Of a stretch of 64,000 nucleotides of DNA, positions 57,169 to 64,000 are shown piece after piece (the first letter of the stretch is position 1; each line of letters begins with the position of its first letter). The translations under genes were made by a program, and so were the position numbers. Below the pieces are notes generated by a model, which did no database searches, was not told the DNA's origin, and saw only the letters and a program-made list of their open reading frames with translations. The DNA is from Methanosuratincola petrocarbonis (GTDB lineage: Archaea; Thermoproteota; Methanomethylicia; Methanomethylicales; Methanomethylicaceae), in the NCBI GenBank assembly GCA_030522375.1, contig CP130488.1, positions 442 through 64,441 of the forward strand, in the 5' to 3' direction.

Positions 57169-57750
57169 ATGGGATTGGAACTGCTCGGAGGTCTGTCCTT
57201 GGGTAAGCGTGTATTCCTGATCACGGGCTCGCCTGGGATAGGCAAGACTACCGCCCTCAGGCGGGCTGTCGATCTCGTCAGGGGGCAGGGGTTCGCTGTC
57301 GGGGGGATGGTCACTCAGGAGGTCCGAGGAGCTGGCGGCGAGAGGGTGGGCTTTGAGATCCTTGACCTCTCCACGGGGATCCGGGGGTGGCTAGCCCGAG
57401 CCTGCCAGGGACCAGGTCCGAGGATTGGGAGGTACATCGTGGACATCGGGGCGCTGGAGCGAATAGGCGCAGCCAGCATCCTGGGCGCGGTCGCCAGCTC
57501 GGACGTGATCGCAATCGACGAGATCGGCCCTATGGAGCTCCTCTCCGAAGGGTTCAGGGCAGCCGTGCTGAGGGCAGTCGGCTGCGGGAAGCCCGTTGTA
57601 GCCACCGTCCACTTCAGGTCCAGCGACCCGCTCGTCGGATCCGTCAAGGCGAGGGAAGACTCGTCACTCTTCGTGCTGAGTGCTGAGAACCGTGGCTCGA
57701 TCCCGGGCGTGATCTTGGGGCAGGTCCTCTCCGCCCTAAGGGGCTTCTGA
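57169..57750 (+). CDS. THEP1/NTPase_1-family nucleoside-triphosphatase.
   Basis: A Walker A motif VFLITGSPGIGKTTALRR is present and a Walker B motif VIAIDEIGPMEL follows. The protein is ~190 aa. Confidence 0.7.
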   Translation: MGLELLGGLSLGKRVFLITGSPGIGKTTALRRAVDLVRGQGFAVGGMVTQEVRGAGGERVGFEILDLSTGIRGWLARACQGPGPRIGRYIVDIGALERIGAASILGAVASSDVIAIDEIGPMELLSEGFRAAVLRAVGCGKPVVATVHFRSSDPLVGSVKAREDSSLFVLSAENRGSIPGVILGQVLSALRGF

Positions 57751-57977
57751 TTCCCTCTTTTCCCGCTCATTAAGCCCTATCCTGACAACAAGGGCTCCGC
57801 AGTCCAACCTCTGGATGGTCATAAGCGGTTGGGCAACCCCTCGATGCTGCATTCGTCGAGTTCCAGAAATCGCCTCTATGCTTCAGGGGTTTTCTTAAAT
57901 GCTGAACGCCCGCATGGAGAGCTTCATTTTTACCCAAGATGGCGCAGAAAGCCCGCGCCCTTCAGCGGTGGGCTGTG

Positions 57978-58607
57978 TCACTGGCTGGTCGCCTCCTCGA
58001 GTTCCTTCTCAAACCGCTCTTTAAAGAGTTTGACTTTCCTGAGGTCGGTCATCCCAATGGACGCATACTCCGTACCCCCCCTCTGCACAATCCTCTCCAA
58101 GAAGTCAATATAGCTTTCAAGGGCGTGGCGCTTGCATAAGGAAACGAGCTCGCTGAGGCTCACTGCCCCAGTCGCCAGCAATGCCAATATGTCAATCCTG
58201 TCCTTCTCCCCTTTGACCGACAGCTCGCGGTCCATTGCCGCCCTTAGCTTCAGCACTAGTAGGAGCTCTGGGGCGAGCACCCTAAAGCCCTCGATGCTTC
58301 GGACATTCATGCTAATCAGGTTCGCTGGGATCCCAAAATCCGAATAGTGGAGCACGTATATGTCAACATCCGTAAATCCTTGCTTCAACTCGTATTTTTT
58401 TAAGCGGGGGTTTTTTGCGACCGGGTGCTCTCTCCTGAGCCGGGCGAGCTCCTCGAAGTCGACTATTATATCGATGTCCTTCGACTTGAGCGCCCTCGTG
58501 TAGAGCCAGACCGCCCACCCGCCGATCAGTATGAATGAGTGCTTTCTTCTCAGTTCCAGAAGCACTCTCCAACTTTCCTCTGTTATGTTTGGGTGGTAGA
58601 ATGCCAT
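57978..58607 (-). CDS. Minimal nucleotidyltransferase-fold protein (AbiEii/DUF1814-like).
   Basis: The motif FILIGGWAVWLYTRALKSKDIDIIV matches G[GS]x9-13DxD of the nucleotidyltransferase fold. The gene lies immediately downstream of, and abuts, an HTH gene (58608 vs 58607). Confidence 0.5.
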   Translation of the reverse strand: MAFYHPNITEESWRVLLELRRKHSFILIGGWAVWLYTRALKSKDIDIIVDFEELARLRREHPVAKNPRLKKYELKQGFTDVDIYVLHYSDFGIPANLISMNVRSIEGFRVLAPELLLVLKLRAAMDRELSVKGEKDRIDILALLATGAVSLSELVSLCKRHALESYIDFLERIVQRGGTEYASIGMTDLRKVKLFKERFEKELEEATSQ

Positions 58608-59183
58608 TTAGGTCATCCTGTCTAGCTCGTTGATGAACTCTTGCGCATACCAGGCTGGTATGTTCCAGAGGTCAACATATATCTGCGCTAGGGTTGCCCT
58701 GCCCAGCTTTTTCAGGTGCACGTCTGGCTCCATCACGATCAAGTTGCACCTTTCTTTTGGCGGAGAAGGCTCTCCGAACCTCGATATGAATTGCCCTGCG
58801 TCGCCGTAGACGTAGACTTCGCTATAGTCAGCCGGAACATATCCGAAGCGGAGCTTGAAGGCAGTGAAGGCAGTGAAGATAGCTTCGGGAGGGACCATAC
58901 CTTCTATCTCTTGGACTGGCATCTGAAGACTTTTCCGGTAAACCACTTGCGGTTCTAGCCGCCTGATGCTGCACCAGAAGAGAAGGATCTTTTTCGGGTT
59001 TTTTATATTGATCCCCTTGCGACTAATGTCTATCGCCCCCATCTCCTTAAGCGGCCTCAGGCTATGGCTGACGGTACTGGAAGGTACACCGGTCGCCTCG
59101 GAGAGCGATCTCACATTAAAATGGTAGGCCTTTTCCTCGAAGACCTTCTCCAGGATCTCCCTAAAGACGGGCTCTCCTTTCAT
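58608..59183 (-). CDS. Winged-HTH domain protein, a putative AbiEi-like partner or transcriptional regulator.
   Basis: The N-terminus FNVRSLSEATGVPSSTVSHSLRPLKEMGAI reads as an HTH. The protein is 191 aa and is translationally adjacent to the nucleotidyltransferase-fold gene. Confidence 0.45.
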   Translation of the reverse strand: MKGEPVFREILEKVFEEKAYHFNVRSLSEATGVPSSTVSHSLRPLKEMGAIDISRKGINIKNPKKILLFWCSIRRLEPQVVYRKSLQMPVQEIEGMVPPEAIFTAFTAFKLRFGYVPADYSEVYVYGDAGQFISRFGEPSPPKERCNLIVMEPDVHLKKLGRATLAQIYVDLWNIPAWYAQEFINELDRMT

Positions 59184-59584
59184 AAGTAACCAAAAAAATT
59201 GGACAATATATAAACCTATCTGTTATAAAATTGGACACATTTTTCGAACGTCACTCGTGCCGATGGGCTCTTTTGGACAACCCATATCTCAACCTCAGTT
59301 AGAGACAAAGCGGTCTGTTCTGGTGCAGCTCGTCAAAAGTGCGGCAATTCTTAATGTCCCATGCCCACTTTTTCCGATAACCGCCAATTCTTATTCCCAA
59401 CATAGTCTGGATGCCCTCCTTTCCTCTGGAGGAGAGTCAACTCTGAGCTTTTGGCAACATCTGTTTGCTCTAAGAGCTTTCAGGATCGATTGCGGTCTTC
59501 AGCTTGCTTAATGGGCGTGCATCCAGGCGTCCGTAGCCCTCTAGCATTTATTATAGCTCTTCGAATCAATATCGTGGATAGGCG

Positions 59585-60469
59585 ATGCCCAAATACCTGA
59601 TCTTCTACACATTCCACAGGCTGGACTCCCTCTCGATCAACCGATTGAGGCAGATCTCGGCGCTCAACCCTGGTGCAATAGTCGTCCCATGCTTCGGCGC
59701 AGGTGTGCGCCTGCCCCGCTCCCGGATGCCTCGAAGGATTGCTCTCGAGATCCTGATGCGGCTCCTCCAGTCGTCTGGCTTTGAGTCGGCAATTTCGGAA
59801 CGGAGCCGGAGAATGCTGGGGGATGAAGCCCTGAGGGTGCGGGGTGCGATCCGCGATCTGGGGCTCGAGCCTTACTTCGACTTCACCCCGATGGGCTACT
59901 ACAACCAGGACGAGGTTCTTGCCAATTGGTTCAGGACCGTGGGCAAGAACCAGGACTTTGACTACTTGGTGTACTTGGAGTACGACGTCTTCCTGACCAA
60001 GCCCGTAAACGAGATCTATTCTCCATACACGAACCGCGACGCCTCGTTTGTGAACTTCCGGGAGATCGATCCGTCGGTCTCTTACTGGAAGTGGATCCGT
60101 GCCCCGATAGGGGTCAAAAAGAATTTCGAGAAGTGGCTCCGGGTTAGGGGTTATGAGACCAGGCTATACCTCTGCTTCTTCCCGGGTCTGATCATCTCTA
60201 GATCTGCAATTGAGGCAATATCCTCGGTAAAGTTCCCATCAGCCTTCTGCGAACTCAGGCTGCCGACACTCGTCAAGGCAATGGGCTTCTCGTGCGGGAG
60301 GCTCGAATTCCCATATGTGCGCTTCGAGGGCATCCCGAGGAGCATGATAGTCGAAAATCCTTCGCACGGGATCTTCCACTCGGTCAGGTACGATCTCCCA
60401 CTGGAGGGGGTTCTCAGCTGCGCGCCCCACAGTCCTGGCGAGCCATCCCCAATGAATGCCGCGCCTTGA
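59585..60469 (+). CDS. Hypothetical protein (294 aa), possibly nucleotide-diphospho-sugar transferase-like.
   Basis: The ORF is long and clean. An acidic DYLVYLEYDVF segment is present. No firm assignment is possible. Confidence 0.3.
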   Translation: MPKYLIFYTFHRLDSLSINRLRQISALNPGAIVVPCFGAGVRLPRSRMPRRIALEILMRLLQSSGFESAISERSRRMLGDEALRVRGAIRDLGLEPYFDFTPMGYYNQDEVLANWFRTVGKNQDFDYLVYLEYDVFLTKPVNEIYSPYTNRDASFVNFREIDPSVSYWKWIRAPIGVKKNFEKWLRVRGYETRLYLCFFPGLIISRSAIEAISSVKFPSAFCELRLPTLVKAMGFSCGRLEFPYVRFEGIPRSMIVENPSHGIFHSVRYDLPLEGVLSCAPHSPGEPSPMNAAP

Positions 60470-60760
60470 TCTCGAATCCTGCCCGTCCCAAGAGCGCACT
60501 CCCCTGCCCTTCCCGACACGCCTGGTCCTGTTCTAGCCCCCTGCTTAGTCCTTGGCATTGAAATGCACGCCCTCCGTTATGGGCCCCATCGAAATTTCCC
60601 TTGTGGGTGATCCATCCCTTGAGGCTTGCCCGACCATTGAGGGATATATGGGCTTTGTTTTCGAAACGTGGTCCTGTCAGCCCCCTGGCATATGAATCCA
60701 TGCTGTGCGGCTCGCCGGCTCACACCGGATCGGCTACTGGTTCAAATCGGGCCTTTTCCG

Positions 60761-62101
60761 CTAGCCTCCCCTTCCGGTCCTCTGCCCTCGCACCAGGAGC
60801 CACTTCCACAGCGGCACGAGCCTGACTGTTCGCCCCCCGACGTCCTCCTCCCCCTCGTAGTCCCATGTGATCACGAGTAGGCTCTTGCAGGAGAGTTCCT
60901 CGGAAGCCCTGATCAGCGCCTCGATCTCCCTCCCCATGATCTCATCCCTCGCAGTGGCATATGTCACCTGGATAAGCTCCTCCACTCTTGTGCCTCGCCT
61001 CATAACGAAGTCGACCTCCCTCCCTGCATAGTCTCTCCAGTAGAAGGCCTCGCTTCCCCCGGAGAACTTCTCCCTGAATGTTTCGACAGCCACAGCGCAT
61101 TCCATCAAGACTCCCAAGTCCTCCGAGAACCTCGTGTATATCCCGTAGATGCCGGGGTCGATGGGGTAAACCTTCTTGGGCTGGAGCACCCTTTCCCTCG
61201 CCTTGTTGCCCATCTTCTCCACCGTGAAGAGGAAGAACGCCGACTCGAAGTACCTGAGGTACTCGCTCAGCGTCCTCTTGCTCTTCTTGATCCCCGCAGA
61301 CCTGAAGGACTTCTCCGCCTTGGAGATCGAGAACGCCTTGCCTAGGCTCTCGCCGAGCATCCTAGAGAATGCTTCCAGGGATGAGACATCCCTGACCCTG
61401 AACCTGTCCACCACGTCCCTGTAGAATATCGTGTCCCTGTAGACCCTCAGCAGCTCAGCCTTCCTGTCCTCCCCTGCCGCCTTCGCCACGTCAGGGAACC
61501 CTCCCCACCTCAAGTACTCCCTCAGGAGGCGCAGGATCCTGCCGCGCCCCTCTGGTGTTGATATTGCAGTGGGATCTGTGGGCTCCCCCTTGAGCCGGAG
61601 GAACTCTCTGAAGGAGAAGGGCAGGACCAGCCTGGGGATGTACCTCCCCCTGAGCTGCGTCGCTATCTCGGCAGTCGAGAGCCTCGAGGATGACCCTGTG
61701 ACCGCAATCCAGTACTTCCCGAAGTTGTGGAGCGTCCTGACCCATGACTCCCACCCCTCGACCCTCTGGATCTCGTCCAGCAGGAGCACGATCTTCCTAT
61801 CCCCCTCCTTCTCCTCCAAATGCTCGCTGATCGATTTGAGGAAAACCGAGAAGTGACTGGACCCAAGGCTGCCTAGCCTCACGTCCTCGAAGTCAATGTA
61901 AGCGAGGTTCCTCCTGTTGTACCCCTCCCTCAAAAGCCTCTTTGCCACCTGGTATAGGAGGCTGGTCTTGCCTGCGCGCCTCGGACCAACGAGCGCCACG
62001 ACTTGCCCTCCCTCGATTGGCACATCCATTTCGCGTTCGACCAGCTCCGGAAGGTCCTTGGCAAACCATTCCGAGAGAATCTCGCCAATTGCCTTCTCCA
62101 T
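60761..62101 (-). CDS. COG1373-type AAA+ ATPase (AAA_14 plus DUF4143 architecture).
   Basis: A Walker A motif VVALVGPRRAGKTSLLYQ is present and a Walker B motif VLLLDEIQRV follows. The protein is 446 aa. Confidence 0.7.
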   Translation of the reverse strand: MEKAIGEILSEWFAKDLPELVEREMDVPIEGGQVVALVGPRRAGKTSLLYQVAKRLLREGYNRRNLAYIDFEDVRLGSLGSSHFSVFLKSISEHLEEKEGDRKIVLLLDEIQRVEGWESWVRTLHNFGKYWIAVTGSSSRLSTAEIATQLRGRYIPRLVLPFSFREFLRLKGEPTDPTAISTPEGRGRILRLLREYLRWGGFPDVAKAAGEDRKAELLRVYRDTIFYRDVVDRFRVRDVSSLEAFSRMLGESLGKAFSISKAEKSFRSAGIKKSKRTLSEYLRYFESAFFLFTVEKMGNKARERVLQPKKVYPIDPGIYGIYTRFSEDLGVLMECAVAVETFREKFSGGSEAFYWRDYAGREVDFVMRRGTRVEELIQVTYATARDEIMGREIEALIRASEELSCKSLLVITWDYEGEEDVGGRTVRLVPLWKWLLVRGQRTGRGG

Positions 62102-62925
62102 ATGTATTATCCAGAAAACATTTTTGCTTAAATTTGTTTCCTATGTTATGTTTAGATCCCTATCCCAAAAGCGCAGAGCGTTACCTGTCCAACAAGAGGT
62201 GCAGCGAAGCGCCTGCCCTATAGTTCGCCTCCCCTCCATCCACCTGGAGAAACATCCCCGGCAGCCGCGCCGCCACTTGAGCGCGAGGGGATGTGCGGGC
62301 ACCTCGTAGATGAGGCGGTAAGCAAGCCCGCGTCGTTGAGACACATACGCGCCAAGATCTCAAAAAGCATTTGCCCTGTCCGGGCTCATTACATGTTGTC
62401 TGTAGGGCTTCTGTAGATGCCGAGGGAAGGCGTTTGGTCGCCTCGACTCCTGGCGACCTGCCTAATCCAACCCGTCGTCGTTGCCCCTGCTAGGGCAGTG
62501 GATGGATTGAAGGTAAGCAAGCCTGAAGGTTTACTCGAGAGCCTTCACAACTTTGAGCAGGAATCAGGCCGCCCTCCTTGTTCTCCTAGTCCTTGCAATC
62601 GGAGCGATCTTTGTGAGCTGTGCCGGATACGGCTCCTTCCTGAATGACCCGCTGACGCTTTAGCGCTGTCGACATGCCGCCTGGCTCGAGCACCTCCAAC
62701 TCATGCCGATCCTCTCAATAAGCCTTCCAGGGCGCCCACTGCGGTTGTTTATATAAGCCGAAAGCCCCTTTCACTTGCAAATGCTGCCCTATGTCAACGG
62801 CGTAGCGCGCCAAATTGACCTGGAACGAATTTTTTGGGAATCTATAAATACGAAAAAAAATTATTTTTTTTATAATCTATAGAGGTGCTTCCAAATTCCA
62901 GACTGTAAAAAATCTATTTTTGCCT

Positions 62926-64000
62926 GACTCTCGCGCTACTGATCGCCTTCCAGCTGCCGCCCGGCGCTGTTGCCGCCCCTGCTTCTCTCCAGTACCACAG
63001 CCCAATCGAGATCGTAGGCAACTCTGCCTTCACCTCAGCCAACGGCGTGGTCGGGGGCAGCGGGACAGCCAGCGATCCCTACATAATCGAAGGTTATGCT
63101 ATAAGCGCAAACCTAACCCCGGGGATCGCCATATCAAACACTAACGCCTACTTCGTGATCAGGAACTGCAACATACAGGGCACTTGGCTCTACTCAGGGA
63201 TAATGCTTCAGAACGCCACAAACGGGAGGGTGGAGAACAACACCATCACGGGGTGCCTCGACGGGATTATGATCTACTATTCCTCGAAGATTGACGTCCT
63301 GAACAACTCGGTCTCAGACAGCTCCTACGGCGTCCGGTCCGAGTATTCGGGGAACAACACGATCTCAGGGAACACTTTCACTGACAACGCAATAGGCATC
63401 TTCCTTTCGTCAACAAGCAGTGGTAGCAACGTCTCTTATAATGTGTTTACGAACAGCTCGCAGGGAGTCTACCTCTTCTCGTCAGGCAGCAACACCGTCT
63501 CAAACAACAGGTTGACCTACACTGACGAAGGGATCTCCCTCTTCTACTCGGACAACAACGCTGTCAAAAACAACCTGCTCGTCAGCACAACCGAGGGCAT
63601 CTCCCTCTTCTTCTCCTCCAACAACATAGTGACTGGGAACACCATAGTCGAGGGGCCGAAATCGATCAATGTTGATCCCCTATCGACCGGAAACACTATC
63701 AACAACAACACGTTCTTGGACGAGCTGGTCAAGCAGAACGCGTCCCTTTCACTGCAGTCATCCGCAGCCTCAACGGGCGTGGGGACCGCGGTGACGCTCA
63801 GCGGTTCGCTGGTTCCCGCCCAGGCTGGAACAGTCTCGATCTACTTCTCGATCAACGGATCCGCTGCGACCTTCCTAGCGAATGCGACGCTCTCCGGGGG
63901 TTCCTTCTCCAAAACATTAAACCTTAGCCAGGTAGGCACATACTCGTTTTATGCCTACTGGGCTGGCAACGATAACTACAACCCTGCGACCTCCCCGACG
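62926..64000 (+). CDS. Secreted parallel beta-helix (NosD/PbH1-repeat) surface protein, 3'-partial (continues beyond the window). The start codon is unclear: no in-frame ATG/GTG/TTG, and a TTG lies at 62920 in the +1 frame.
   Basis: The frame is open from 62914 to the window end. A signal-like region reads LTLALLIAFQLPPGAVAAPA. Repeated ...NNTI(T/S)GN... beta-helix turns occur with very many N-x-S/T sequons. An AT-rich TATA-like region lies at 62840-62900. Confidence 0.65.

Overview
This 64-kb window looks like an archaeal chromosomal segment with mostly 58-62 % GC. It reads as euryarchaeal and methanogen-like, based on Arch_ATPase (PF01637), DUF1616-like and THEP1-type proteins, AT-rich TATA-like promoters with short or absent leaders, and a long-form RmlA. 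Nearly all of it concerns the cell envelope. Three very large modular surface proteins are present, two of them running off the window ends; they share NosD-like parallel-beta-helix repeats and Ig-like ~95-aa modules ending in 'VDxTPPS', and carry an extreme density of N-x-S/T sequons. Two glycan-precursor and glycosyltransferase clusters are present. The first is a mosaic low-GC island (27.97-41.4 kb) encoding a WbpA/WbpB/WbpD/WbpE plus WecB type pathway for UDP-2,3-diacetamido-2,3-dideoxy-hexuronic acid, with GT2, GT4 and DUF354 glycosyltransferases and polytopic GT-C-like membrane proteins. The second is a host-GC rmlABCD operon with a GT2 and a GT-C-like membrane protein. A translationally coupled DUF4129-DUF4350-MoxR-DUF58 operon sits beside DUF1616-like and Arch_ATPase genes. 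Transporters include an ABC-2 pair, an MscS with a voltage-sensor-like N-terminus, a P-type ATPase, a CDF, and a sodium:solute symporter with a small partner. A receiver plus a PAS histidine kinase form a two-component pair. A putative defense/TA corner holds a THEP1 NTPase, an HTH plus minimal-nucleotidyltransferase pair, and a COG1373 ATPase. Notable oddities are three single-base homopolymer frameshifts that each split a gene, a perfect 639-bp duplication giving two GT4 genes identical C-terminal halves, perfect 261-bp tandem repeats inside the giant surface-protein gene, a decayed Mrr-like endonuclease gene at the island boundary, and composition breakpoints inside genes of the glycan island. 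No rRNA, tRNA or CRISPR array could be supported.
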